A stretch of DNA of 32,000 nt, from assembly GCF_000253055.1 (NCBI RefSeq), contig NC_016070.1, positions 1,740,001-1,772,000 of the forward strand. Reading direction: 5' to 3'. The notes beneath the pieces were generated by a model. The model did not search any database. It was given only the letters and a program-made list of their open reading frames with translations, and was not told the DNA's origin. This document shows positions 19,695-28,451 of the stretch, in pieces. Position numbers and translations under genes: made by a program. The stretch's first letter is position 1, and each line of letters starts with the position of its first letter. This DNA comes from Thermoproteus tenax Kra 1 (GTDB lineage Archaea > Thermoproteota > Thermoprotei > Thermoproteales > Thermoproteaceae).

Positions 19695-20221
19695 TAGCAC
19701 TCCCTCTCGTTGAATTTCGCGGAGACGTTGCGCACGTCACGTAGCGCCGAGGGCGCAATGCCCTTAATAAGCACTAGGTCATCGTCGTACCCGCACGTAG
19801 CTCTCAGCAGTAGGTTACGCGCAGACACGTCAAGCTCCTCCCAAGAATATTCCGTATATCCCAGCGAGGCGAACAGCCTCCTCGCCCCGACGTTGTCGCT
19901 AGTCGTAGTAGCTAGGTATGCCTGCGCCCTACATCTCCCCTCCACCGACCTCACTAACAGCTTGCCCAAGCCGCGCCCCCTATATTCGCGGAGCACCGCT
20001 ATATAGTAGTGGACGCACACTCTCGGTTGTAGTTCTAAGGCGTAGAACACCTCGGTGCCCGCCGGAGTTTCCCCTACGAATACGACGGCTACATCGCCCA
20101 GCCCGTCTTGTACGACCGCAGAGGCGTATTCGATGCCACGGCTATATTCGCGCCTCAATATCCCGAGGGCCAGTTCTATTAAATCTCGCCCAAATCTCAC
20201 CGACGTCGTAGTCTCGACCAT
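19664..20221 (-). CDS. GNAT-family N-acetyltransferase
   Basis: VCVHYYIAVLREYRGRGLGKLLVRSVEGRCRAQAYLATTTSDNVGARRLFASLGYTEYSWE. Confidence 0.85.
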   Translation of the reverse strand: MVETTTSVRFGRDLIELALGILRREYSRGIEYASAVVQDGLGDVAVVFVGETPAGTEVFYALELQPRVCVHYYIAVLREYRGRGLGKLLVRSVEGRCRAQAYLATTTSDNVGARRLFASLGYTEYSWEELDVSARNLLLRATCGYDDDLVLIKGIAPSALRDVRNVSAKFNERECYYVWLRLRRS

Positions 20222-20242
20222 AATGGAGAAACTGCCAGAGCC

Positions 20243-20485
20243 GTGATGAGGACCGACGTAGTGAAGGCCGCGTGGAGGCTCAATATGAAGGGCTCTATAT
20301 GCGTTCGATCTAACGTGGCGAGACCGGCGAATATCTCAGACGCCGAGCACTTCGGTATTGCAGTGGAGGAGGCCACGACAGCCATGGCGAATGGATCGGG
20401 CGAGACAAAAATGGTCAATCCGGCCCTCCTAGCAAGAACCTTGCGTCAACGACGTAGGCCCCCTTTCCCTCCTCCAAAGCTATGA
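20243..20485 (+). CDS. Possible small protein of unknown function, filling the gap between two minus-strand genes
   Basis: MRTDVVKAAWRLNMKGSICVRSNVARPANISDAEHFGIAVEEATTAMANGSGETKMVNPALLARTL has mixed, coding-like composition. An antisense ORF competes and its tail overlaps the synthetase gene. Confidence 0.3.
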   Translation: MMRTDVVKAAWRLNMKGSICVRSNVARPANISDAEHFGIAVEEATTAMANGSGETKMVNPALLARTLRQRRRPPFPPPKL

Positions 20486-21116
20486 CGGGGTTCAGATCGG
20501 CCTCCTTGATCTCGGGGTTCTCCGAAAGAAGCTTGGAGAACTTAACAATTATATCGACTATCGCAGGCAGATCCCTAGGAGCGGTGCCGCGATAGCCCGT
20601 CAAGAGCTTGTAGGCTCTGACCTCCCTTATCATATCCCACGCATCCTCCTCCTCGACAGGCACTATGCGCATCGATACATCTCTGTATAGCTCGGTCAAT
20701 ATTCCGCCGAGCCCAAATACCAGGACGTGGCCAAATATATCATCGTAGACGGCTCCCACTATAAGCTCCGTGCCCTGGGGCACCATCTTCTGGATTAGAC
20801 AGCCCTCTATATCGGCATACGGCGCTTTGGCCCTCACGTTGGCTCTGATCTTGGCACACGCCTCAATCAAACGATCTTTGTCGGCTACTCCGAGTACGAC
20901 GCCTCCCACGTCGGTCTTGTGCACTATCATGCGCGATAATACCTTAACTGCTACTGGGTACCCTATTCTCTCTGCTATATCTACTGCCTCCTTTTCGTCA
21001 GACGCAACTCCGTATTCCGGCACAGGTATTGAGTACTGCCTAAGTAGGTCGAATGCCTCGCTCTCGAACAGCTTCGTTCTGCCCTCGGCCCTGGCCCTCT
21101 CAATGACCCTGCTCAT
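20415..21116 (-). CDS. ADP-forming acyl/acetyl-CoA synthetase, beta (ATP-grasp) subunit
   Basis: ERIGYPVAVKVLSRMIVHKTDVGGVVLGVAD, GTELIVGAVYDDIFGHVLVFGLGGILTELYRDVSMRIVP. Confidence 0.93.
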   Translation of the reverse strand: MSRVIERARAEGRTKLFESEAFDLLRQYSIPVPEYGVASDEKEAVDIAERIGYPVAVKVLSRMIVHKTDVGGVVLGVADKDRLIEACAKIRANVRAKAPYADIEGCLIQKMVPQGTELIVGAVYDDIFGHVLVFGLGGILTELYRDVSMRIVPVEEEDAWDMIREVRAYKLLTGYRGTAPRDLPAIVDIIVKFSKLLSENPEIKEADLNPVIALEEGKGAYVVDARFLLGGPD

Positions 21117-22561
21117 GTCCTCACAACTCTGCGTATTTTTGCATATTCATAGAGAGCCCACAGAGCTTTGGCGGCTCTATCCGGCGTTGAGTACGTGGGT
21201 ATCTCCGCCTCCTCAAGCGTCTTGGTGAACGTCTGTACCAGCTCGCTTCCGCCGAAGTTCACAACAGCTATAGGCTTCTTAAACCGTTTGGCGTCTATAA
21301 TATACTCGGCCAAATTCTGCGTAAGGCCCGGCACTTGCATCAACGTAATCACCAGGGCCATGTCGAAGAAGGCCGTCGGGAGGAGCGCCTCGAGCACCAC
21401 TTTATAGTGCTGATCGGTGGCCGAGCCTGTGACATCCACAGGGTTGCCCAGCGCCGAGAACGGAAGTAGCTCCCTCTTAAGGTCGCGCCTGATTGACTCA
21501 GGCACCTCGGGCACCTCCAGGCCCAAACTCTCCAGAGAATCGACTGCTTGAATCCCCATGCCTCCCGAGTCGGTGAGCACGAGGACTCTCCTGCCCCGCG
21601 GGAGAGGCTGCGAAGCAAGCGCCTTGGCCATGTCGAACATCTCCCTAATATTCGAGGCTTCGATGATGCCCGCCTGTCTAAATAGGCCCTTGTACATCTC
21701 GTAGCTCCCAGCCAACGCTGCTGTGTGGGACCTCACAGCCCTCTGCGCCGCCGACGTTCTGCCGGCCTTATATGCTATGATCGGCTTCTTTTTAACGACC
21801 TCCTTGGCCACCTCCAGAAATCCGGTGGCCTCCCTAGGGTATCTAAACCCCTCTAGATATATTGTGATAACTTTTATTCTATCGTCCTGTCCGAAGTATC
21901 TCAGGAGCTCAACATCGTCTACATCCGCTTTGTTTCCGTAGTTGACCATTATCGAGAGGCCTATCTGTCTCCTCGCAGCCCAGTCCATAATTGAGGCTGC
22001 CACGGCCCCGCTCTGGCTGATTAGGGCGAGGGGTCCAGCCGGCGGCCGCCCGGCGCGATCAGTGGGAAGAAAGACGGTATCTAGGCCATTGAAGGCGTTG
22101 TAGACGCCGAGACAATTGGGGCCTAGGATCCTTATGCCGTACATTTTGCCAATCGCCTTCACTTCATCCTCTAGATCCTTGTTGCCCACCTCCGCGAATC
22201 CGCTGCTGATGATAACTGCGGCCTTAACTCCCCTTTTACCTGCCTCCTCTAGGACTTGGGGCACTACTTGGGCCGGCACGGCTATTACAACTAAGTCGAC
22301 AGGCTCCGGTATCTCTGAGAGCGATTTATAGAATTTGACCTGTCTTCCGGCGATCTCAACAGTATCGTACTTTGGATTGACGAAATAGGCAACCCCCTTA
22401 AACCTATTGAGCAAGTTCTCCAATATCACATACCCCACAGACGCCTGTTTAGGCGACGCGCCGACTAAGGCTACAGACTTCGGCGATAACAAGGGCTCAA
22501 GGCCGGCGTCCGGAGCCATACCCCACAATTGTACCGGATTTAAATGTTGAGCTAAATTCAC
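21113..22561 (-). CDS. ADP-forming acyl/acetyl-CoA synthetase, alpha (CoA-binding) subunit
   Basis: LLSPKSVALVGASPKQASVGYVILENLL, GIRILGPNCLGVYN, GPLALISQSGAVAASIMDWAARRQIG. Confidence 0.93.
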   Translation of the reverse strand: MNLAQHLNPVQLWGMAPDAGLEPLLSPKSVALVGASPKQASVGYVILENLLNRFKGVAYFVNPKYDTVEIAGRQVKFYKSLSEIPEPVDLVVIAVPAQVVPQVLEEAGKRGVKAAVIISSGFAEVGNKDLEDEVKAIGKMYGIRILGPNCLGVYNAFNGLDTVFLPTDRAGRPPAGPLALISQSGAVAASIMDWAARRQIGLSIMVNYGNKADVDDVELLRYFGQDDRIKVITIYLEGFRYPREATGFLEVAKEVVKKKPIIAYKAGRTSAAQRAVRSHTAALAGSYEMYKGLFRQAGIIEASNIREMFDMAKALASQPLPRGRRVLVLTDSGGMGIQAVDSLESLGLEVPEVPESIRRDLKRELLPFSALGNPVDVTGSATDQHYKVVLEALLPTAFFDMALVITLMQVPGLTQNLAEYIIDAKRFKKPIAVVNFGGSELVQTFTKTLEEAEIPTYSTPDRAAKALWALYEYAKIRRVVRT

Positions 22562-22630
22562 AATTATAGATAATACGCTGTATACGCCAATCTATCTAAA
22601 GCGAATATATAGAAACATGCCCAAGACGTT

Positions 22631-23353
22631 GTGTTGAAGAAGGTCAACCTCCTCGAGGTTCTCGGGGCCGATATCGGCCTCCTCGGGGAGATCGCCGCGT
22701 CCCGCCTTCTTCCGGACGGAGCTAGAGGCGATGTAGTTGCTCTCCTCGTGGAGGGGGCACTCTCCTACCTAAGGTTGCCCGAGCGCAAGCCGCCAGAGAC
22801 TATAGGCGAGAGCAAAAGCTACGTGAGCGCCTTCGTAGAGGGGAGGTGGCCTATACATAAGAGTTGGTTCGTCCCAGCTATAGGCCCTGGCGGATACGCC
22901 CTTCTGATAGATCCTCCTAGAGGCCTAGTTAAATACCTTGGGAAAGACGACGGCAGATTCTCGGCGATTTTGAGGATGGGCTTGGGCGAGCTCAGCGACT
23001 ACCTCCTCCACAACGTCAAGCCGAGCCACGTCGTGGGTCTGGACGCCACAGAGGACGAGCTACGTATAGCCCGTGAGTTGCTCAATAGAATTTCCGCGCT
23101 CGGCGATGAGGACGCCGTAGTCGAGGCCATAGAGGTCTTAAGACAAGTAGACCTCCTCTACGAGAGAGATGGGGAGATATACCACGTCGAGGTCAAGACG
23201 TCACTGAGATTCAAGCCCTCTAAGATAAGAAGGAAGATGATGGTAGTCGAGATGAGGCAGAAAGTGTTGCAGAGGCTGGGCCTCCGGCCGGCGCTTTTGT
23301 ATATAACGCCGCGCGAGAACTGGGAGATTGAGACCTTCCTCGCTCTACTCTGA
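22631..23353 (+). CDS. Uncharacterised protein with a C-terminal PD-(D/E)XK-like restriction-endonuclease fold signature
   Basis: VDLLYERDGEIYHVEVKTSLRFKPSKIRRKMMVVEMRQKVLQRLGLRPALLYITP fits D...(E)xK. Confidence 0.7.
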   Translation: MLKKVNLLEVLGADIGLLGEIAASRLLPDGARGDVVALLVEGALSYLRLPERKPPETIGESKSYVSAFVEGRWPIHKSWFVPAIGPGGYALLIDPPRGLVKYLGKDDGRFSAILRMGLGELSDYLLHNVKPSHVVGLDATEDELRIARELLNRISALGDEDAVVEAIEVLRQVDLLYERDGEIYHVEVKTSLRFKPSKIRRKMMVVEMRQKVLQRLGLRPALLYITPRENWEIETFLALL

Positions 23354-23366
23354 CATCGTTATCCCC

Positions 23367-23528
23367 CTATTTGCTCTTGAACTTCTTCAAGCGCAAGTTC
23401 CTGCTACCGCACCTTCTGCACTTCACAGCCTCAGGCGGATTTTTGGCTCCGCAGTTTCTGCACACTTTGTAGTTAAACCTGTGTTCTATCACTATTTTCA
23501 ACTTCTCCGGATCTAGAGTTATAGGCAT
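23367..23528 (-). CDS. rpl40e: Ribosomal protein L40e
   Basis: Absent from the supplied ORF track. My translation is [53 protein letters not shown], a zinc ribbon with L40e spacing. TATA-like AAATAAATAG lies upstream. Confidence 0.93.
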   Translation of the reverse strand: MPITLDPEKLKIVIEHRFNYKVCRNCGAKNPPEAVKCRRCGSRNLRLKKFKSK

Positions 23529-23668
23529 GGGCGGAGATAGCTTGGACTATTTATTTTTTGCCGTTTGCCGCCTATCTCCGGCGCATCGTCCAGCCTCCCC
23601 CGAACAGGATACACCAAATGGAGAGCGCCTTGGCGGCCCCTTCAGCGTTCATGACGGCACAGCTATCG

Positions 23669-23890
23669 TCATGTAGCTATGTCGATGGCCTTGCTGGGGC
23701 AAGTCATCATGCCTCTGATTACGTCGGGCGCCAGATCGTCGGGCACCTCTCCCTCGAAGGGCGTATTTGACCTGAAGCGCGGGTCTATCTCGGCCTTCCC
23801 GTCAGCTCCCTCCACGAAGACGTTGGGAGCCAGAACGTAGCAGAGGCCGCACGCAAAACACTCGGAGGCCCTTATAACTACTCGGAGCAT
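23669..23890 (-). CDS. Single-cluster ferredoxin
   Basis: MLRVVIRASECFACGLCYVLAPNVF...PDVIRGMMTCPSKAIDI: CxxCxxC plus a distal CP. Confidence 0.88.
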   Translation of the reverse strand: MLRVVIRASECFACGLCYVLAPNVFVEGADGKAEIDPRFRSNTPFEGEVPDDLAPDVIRGMMTCPSKAIDIAT

Positions 23891-24192
23891 CAGTGCTCAA
23901 TGTAAAACTTAGGAGGATCTATGCGCTCCGAGCGGCACCGGGGGCATTTAGAGGGCTTTTTGAGGCGCTCTCTATCTCTGAACTCGTAGCCACACTGGCG
24001 GCAACGCGCGGGCACTACGACGAGTTTAAGCCCGCGCCTCTTCAAAGTCTTCGCCACGTGCTCCAGCTCCTCGTATATATCCGAGGGCCTAAGGTCGGGC
24101 GCCGCTACCCGTTGTATCTCGTAAACATCGACGGGCTCACGCAACGATAATAGAAAGTTTATTATCCGCTCTCTATCTGTTAAGAAGCTCAT
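23890..24192 (-). CDS. HTH plus zinc-ribbon predicted transcriptional regulator (COG3357-like)
   Basis: N-terminal winged-helix-like region followed by ARCRQCGYEFRDRERLKKPSKCPRCRSERIDPPKF. Confidence 0.8.
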   Translation of the reverse strand: MSFLTDRERIINFLLSLREPVDVYEIQRVAAPDLRPSDIYEELEHVAKTLKRRGLKLVVVPARCRQCGYEFRDRERLKKPSKCPRCRSERIDPPKFYIEH

Positions 24193-24503
24193 TTAGTGGC
24201 AACGGCGCTTTGAAGCCACAGTAGCTTGAACTTGCCCGCAGACTTCAGAATGGCAAACGTGAATATGTGCTTGCCGGGGCTCCCGCTATGCCTTGCTTCA
24301 ACTCTCAGAAACCGAGCTCTCTCCGGCGAGTCTGCCGGGTCCACATTTGCGTCAAGGTACATCACATCGCCTACTTCGAAGCCTGCGGCGGCCAGCCGCT
24401 CCTTGGCGCAATCGCCCAGTTGAGAGGCTGCGTCTACGACGCAAGGGCTTTTATCGAACTCCTCCTTGGCTTTTCCGTGTAAGATAGACACATCCGCCGA
24501 CAT
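24189..24503 (-). CDS. Hypothetical protein (104 aa)
   Basis: Coupled upstream of the HTH/Zn-ribbon gene. ATG sits about 24 nt downstream of the minus-strand TATAAATA. Confidence 0.7.
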   Translation of the reverse strand: MSADVSILHGKAKEEFDKSPCVVDAASQLGDCAKERLAAAGFEVGDVMYLDANVDPADSPERARFLRVEARHSGSPGKHIFTFAILKSAGKFKLLWLQSAVATK

Positions 24504-24522
24504 GGCTCAACTAGACCACACC

Positions 24523-24531
24523 TATTTATAA
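24523..24531. promoter_or_regulatory. Shared bidirectional TATA-like element
   Basis: tatttataa reads TATTTATAA on + (toward the sRNA candidate) and TTATAAATA on - (toward the 24503 gene), at about 24-27 nt spacing on both sides. Confidence 0.5.
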
Positions 24532-24551
24532 CTACACCCCCCTCTAATGAC

Positions 24552-24604
24552 AGTGACGAGGCTTGCAAGGTCTGAGCCGTGAGGAGACCGGGCGTGCTGA
24601 GGGC
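24552..24604 (+). ncRNA. C/D-box methylation-guide sRNA (candidate)
   Basis: GTGACGA (C, 24555-24561) - ggcttgcaaggt - CTGA (D', 24574-24577) - gcc - GTGAGGA (C', 24581-24587) - gaccgggcgtg - CTGA (D, 24599-24602). Typical archaeal dual-guide geometry. Confidence 0.65.
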
Positions 24605-24651
24605 TAAGTCCGGCGGCGAGCTAATTTATATCTACGGCAGAGCTGTAGTGT

Positions 24652-25131
24652 ATGTGTCTTGCTAACGAGACCCCTCCAGGCGGCCCCAACACGGCGGCCG
24701 TCGCCCTCCTGCTCCAAGGGGGAAGGTTTCTGTTAATAAAGAGGGCAGAGCGTGAGGGCGATCCTTGGTCTGGCCACGTAGGCTTCCCCGGCGGTCATTG
24801 GAAACCGGGCGAGAGCCTGCTCGATACGGTGACAAGAGAGGTCCTCGAGGAGGTGGGTATAGACTTGAGGACGGCGCATCTGATGGGCGTTATGGAGCCC
24901 GACTCGCCCATGAACGCGCGCGACCTCAAGGTTTACCCCTTCGTGTTCGAGCTGGGCAGCGTCGGCGACATCAGACTGGGCGAGGAGGTCGCGGGATATA
25001 TGTGGGTCACAAAATCGGACTTAGTGGAGACCGAGTGGAGGGGAAGGCCGGCGTTTAATGTGATGGGGTGGATAGTTTGGGGGCTCACCTATAGGTTCAT
25101 AAAGAGGGCTATCCAGTGCGGGATCATATAG
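24652..25131 (+). CDS. NUDIX hydrolase
   Basis: GGHWKPGESLLDTVTREVLEEVGI Nudix box. Confidence 0.93.
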   Translation: MCLANETPPGGPNTAAVALLLQGGRFLLIKRAEREGDPWSGHVGFPGGHWKPGESLLDTVTREVLEEVGIDLRTAHLMGVMEPDSPMNARDLKVYPFVFELGSVGDIRLGEEVAGYMWVTKSDLVETEWRGRPAFNVMGWIVWGLTYRFIKRAIQCGII

Positions 25132-25163
25132 CGTAGAGAGGCCCTAAATCAGCTATTGCGTCC

Positions 25164-25588
25164 CTATCTCTTGGCCCTCTCCGGAGGACTCGGGAACCCC
25201 CGGGTACGCCTGAACGAGGGGCGGCCTAGCTGCTCCGGCGCGAGCTTGGGCCTTTCTTGCCCCGCGACCTCCTTTGACGGCCTCTCCGCATACTCCTCTA
25301 CGGCTAGGCGCATCCTTGCCGATGTCTAGGACGCCGAGGCGCTCCTCCACAAGATGCCACGGGATTGTTATCCTCAATGCCCATAGACTTAGCTCATAAG
25401 CATATATAGCGCGGGAAACCGAGAAGGGATGGATTCCGTTGCGCTTGCGAGACCGTCGCACCCTCGATTCCCACATCGTATCTGACTTTCAGCATCGCCT
25501 TATGTCGGATGTAGCAGAAAAGTAGAAAGTAGTTGGCCTTAGAGGTTTCGACTGTAGAACGCGCAGTGCGGCACACAGCGTATGCCAC
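25164..25588 (-). pseudogene. Possible degenerate or frameshifted coding region (low confidence)
   Basis: Coding-like segments fall in different minus-strand frames: ANYFLLFCYIRHKAMLKVRYDVGIEG; RAIYAYELSLWALRITIPWHLVEERLG; MRLAVEEYAERPSKEVAGQERPKLAPEQLGRPSFRR (25164-25313). Confidence 0.3.
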
Positions 25589-25763
25589 AATGAGCCCCAG
25601 CAGCTGCGCGGGCGCGTTGTACTCCCAAGATATCGCCCTTTGCCCGACGCCGGCCAGTCTAAAACGACGTGCGCGAGCTCTCTAACGGCGCCGGGCGCTA
25701 GTTTAAATCTATCCCGCCTATAAGGGCGAGGCTTTCGTTATTAAGCCCTGCTTTATTTACGCC

Positions 25764-27275
25764 ATGGAGACTATAACGTCGTTGGACATGTACGCCGCGG
25801 ATAGAAACGCCGAATGGTTGGGCGTGCCCCGCCTAGCGCTGATGGAGAACGCAGGGGCCGCCGTGGCTAGGGCCGTCCTCTCCGAATATCCGCAAGCCCT
25901 CAAGGTGCTAGTCGTGGCAGGCACCGGCGACAATGGAGGCGATGGGATGGTTGCGGCCAGACACCTCCATGCGGGAGGCAAGGCCGTCAGAGTGATAGTC
26001 CTCGGCGAGCCCAAAGAGGAGCTGGCCAGAGCGAACTTCGAGGCCCTCAAGAGGACGATGGTTCAGATGGCTGTGACGGGGACGCCAGAGGAATTGTTGG
26101 CAGTACAAGGCTGGTTCATGTGGGCCGACGTAATAATAGACGCAGTGTTGGGGACAGGTATCAGGGGCAAGCTTAGAGAGCCCCACTCCACGGCCATAGA
26201 CTTAATGAATATAGCCACAGCGCCTAAAATCGCCGTCGACGTGCCCTCAGGCCTCGACCCCGACACAGGCGAGGTTAGGGATAAGGCTGTCAGAGCCGCT
26301 GTGACGGTGACTTTCCACAAAGCGAAGCCTGGCCTTCTCAAGCCCGAATCTGTCAAGTATGTGGGGAAGCTCATAGTGGAGAACATAGGCATACCGCCCG
26401 AGGCCGAGCTCTACGTGGGGCCCGGCGATTTCAGAAGGCTCAATTTTGCGAGGCGCGCTGAGTCCAAGAAGGGCGATCACGGCAGAGTGCTCGTGGTGGG
26501 GGGATCCGCCGAATATTCGGGAGCGCCCATCTATGTGGCGCTCGCCGCGCTCAGAAGCGGCGTGGACTTAGTCATTATGGCCGAGCCGGAGCCCGCCGCC
26601 GTAGCCGCCAAATCTTACTCGCCCGACTTAATATCGGTGCCGCTCTCCGGCGACAGGCTTAAGCCGGCCCACGTGGAGAAGATCTTAGAACTGGCTCAGA
26701 GGGCCGACGTAGTGGCGATAGGGCCGGGGCTTGGCCTCGAGCTCGACACCCAAGAGGCGGTCAAATCGCTTTTCTCAAAGCTCTCGGGCAAAAAGCCATT
26801 AGTAATAGACGCGGACGCCATAAAAGCCCTCGCGGGGCTCGGCTCAGTTGAGGGCAACGTCGTCTTCACGCCACATGCAGGCGAGTTCAGAGCGCTCACA
26901 GGCGTCGAGCCACCGGCCAAACTTGAGGAGAGGATCGAGGCCGTCAAGAGGGAGGCAGCCAGATTAAACGCAGTGATACTCCTCAAGGGCAGATACGATG
27001 TAATAAGCGATGGGAAGAGGGTAAAGGTGAATATAACTGGGACTCCGGCTATGACCGTAGGAGGCACTGGCGATGTGTTGACCGGCCTAGTGGCGGGGCT
27101 CGCCACCAAGGGCAAGGATCTGCTCCACGCCGCCGCTCTGGCTGCGTTCATCAACGGAGAGGCCGGGGAGCAAGCGGCGCGGGAGCTCGGCTTTCATATA
27201 ACTGCATCGGACCTCATAAGGTTTATCCCCTCCGTCATTAAGAAGTATGCAGACGAGAGGATCACTGGCAGTTGA
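25764..27275 (+). CDS. nnr: Bifunctional NAD(P)H-hydrate epimerase / ADP-dependent (S)-NAD(P)H-hydrate dehydratase
   Basis: VLVVAGTGDNGGDGMVAARHLHAGG (epimerase domain); VLVVGGSAEYSGAPIYVALAALRSG and GTPAMTVGGTGDVLTGLVAG (dehydratase domain). Confidence 0.95.
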   Translation: METITSLDMYAADRNAEWLGVPRLALMENAGAAVARAVLSEYPQALKVLVVAGTGDNGGDGMVAARHLHAGGKAVRVIVLGEPKEELARANFEALKRTMVQMAVTGTPEELLAVQGWFMWADVIIDAVLGTGIRGKLREPHSTAIDLMNIATAPKIAVDVPSGLDPDTGEVRDKAVRAAVTVTFHKAKPGLLKPESVKYVGKLIVENIGIPPEAELYVGPGDFRRLNFARRAESKKGDHGRVLVVGGSAEYSGAPIYVALAALRSGVDLVIMAEPEPAAVAAKSYSPDLISVPLSGDRLKPAHVEKILELAQRADVVAIGPGLGLELDTQEAVKSLFSKLSGKKPLVIDADAIKALAGLGSVEGNVVFTPHAGEFRALTGVEPPAKLEERIEAVKREAARLNAVILLKGRYDVISDGKRVKVNITGTPAMTVGGTGDVLTGLVAGLATKGKDLLHAAALAAFINGEAGEQAARELGFHITASDLIRFIPSVIKKYADERITGS

Positions 27276-28422
27276 GCGGCTAGATAACGGCGTCTTGGTC
27301 GTGATTGATCGCTACGCGTCATCGCTCGCATCGCTCGTTGTGGGGATCGGCGTAGGCCCGCTCTTCGAGGAGAGCGACGAGAAGGGATACTCGCACTTAA
27401 TGGAGCACATGTTGTTTAACGTCTCAGGCTTTGATGTAGACAGGGCCGTGGAGTCCCTCGGAGCCGAGACCAACGCATATACCCACAGACTCCAAGTGGT
27501 TCTTACATTTCAATCGTTAGCTGAAAGCGCAGGTGGATTGGCCGAAATAGCGGCCCGGATGTTGACGAACAGGAGATATGACGAAGATCGCTTCGAGAAA
27601 GAGAAGAGGGTAGTATTGTCCGAGATAAGGATGAGCAAGGAGGATCCAAGCGAGAGAATCGGCGATCTCGGCCTTCTTTCGCTTTTCGGCGAGACCGACT
27701 GGGGCCTCCCTATAGACGGCGATCCGCACGTGATCTCGACGGCAGAGCTGAGAGACTTGGAGGAGTTCATGGAGAAGTGGATAGCGCCAAACAATATAAT
27801 AGTAGCGGCCGCCGGAGGATTCAGTCTTGAGGAAGTCGAGAGAGTTAAGGCAGAGTTCTCGAAACTCTCAAGCCCCTCGCAACACAAAACAGTGCCGCCT
27901 ATGGGGAGAGGCAAGCTCTTCGCCGAAGAGGTACGCGACGACATAGACGGAGTCTACTACAGCTATGCGGCCAAGCTGACGTTGGACAACGCCTACATTA
28001 GGCTCAGCGCCGCGGCGTTTCACTTGGCCTCGGGGACTAAGTCTATACTATTCGACGAGCTAAGGAACAGAGGACTGGCCTACTCCTATTATGTCGACTT
28101 CGATGCCGTCGGGGGAGATGGATTTATTCAAATAGTCGTGGAGTCAGCCCACGAGTTGGAGGCGGTTAGAGAGGTAGTGAGGAGGATCCTCCGCACCAAG
28201 TGGGTCCCCCCTCAGCACCGCCTCAAGTACTTCGAGTATGAGTGGAGGAAGACCATGGAAATACCGCTGAACAGAGCCTACGCCTACGTGGAGGCGATAG
28301 CGAGAGGCATTGAGCCGGAGAGTCTCGGACAAGTTATGTCTAAGGCCGTGCAGGAGGGGTTGGCGAGGATACCCGACGCCGTTGAGTATGAGGCAGAGGC
28401 CGTCCTGAGGAAGCCCGATTAA
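27247..28422 (+). CDS. M16-family (insulinase-like) zinc peptidase
   Basis: KGYSHLMEHMLFNVSGF (HXXEH) with a typical downstream EEKRVVLSEIRMSKEDPSERI. The true start is probably nearer the TTG at about 27274. Confidence 0.88.
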   Translation: MQTRGSLAVERLDNGVLVVIDRYASSLASLVVGIGVGPLFEESDEKGYSHLMEHMLFNVSGFDVDRAVESLGAETNAYTHRLQVVLTFQSLAESAGGLAEIAARMLTNRRYDEDRFEKEKRVVLSEIRMSKEDPSERIGDLGLLSLFGETDWGLPIDGDPHVISTAELRDLEEFMEKWIAPNNIIVAAAGGFSLEEVERVKAEFSKLSSPSQHKTVPPMGRGKLFAEEVRDDIDGVYYSYAAKLTLDNAYIRLSAAAFHLASGTKSILFDELRNRGLAYSYYVDFDAVGGDGFIQIVVESAHELEAVREVVRRILRTKWVPPQHRLKYFEYEWRKTMEIPLNRAYAYVEAIARGIEPESLGQVMSKAVQEGLARIPDAVEYEAEAVLRKPD

Positions 28423-28451
28423 ATTTTAATTAATATAGATCGCGGTATGTC

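Noticed and set aside
25394-25588. Transposase remnant
   Set aside because: I considered this for the degenerate interval, but saw no DDE/DEDD or zinc-ribbon motif, terminal inverted repeats or target-site duplication. Kept only as an unidentified degenerate region.
26696-27154. Long minus-strand ORF (152 aa) opposite the NnrD domain
   Set aside because: Antisense to a well-supported enzyme gene. Its Ala/Ser/Thr/Pro-rich composition is typical of the shadow frame of G+C-rich coding DNA. The same applies to 11376..11753 -, 13499..13918 -, 6841..7239 + and 28419..28886 -.
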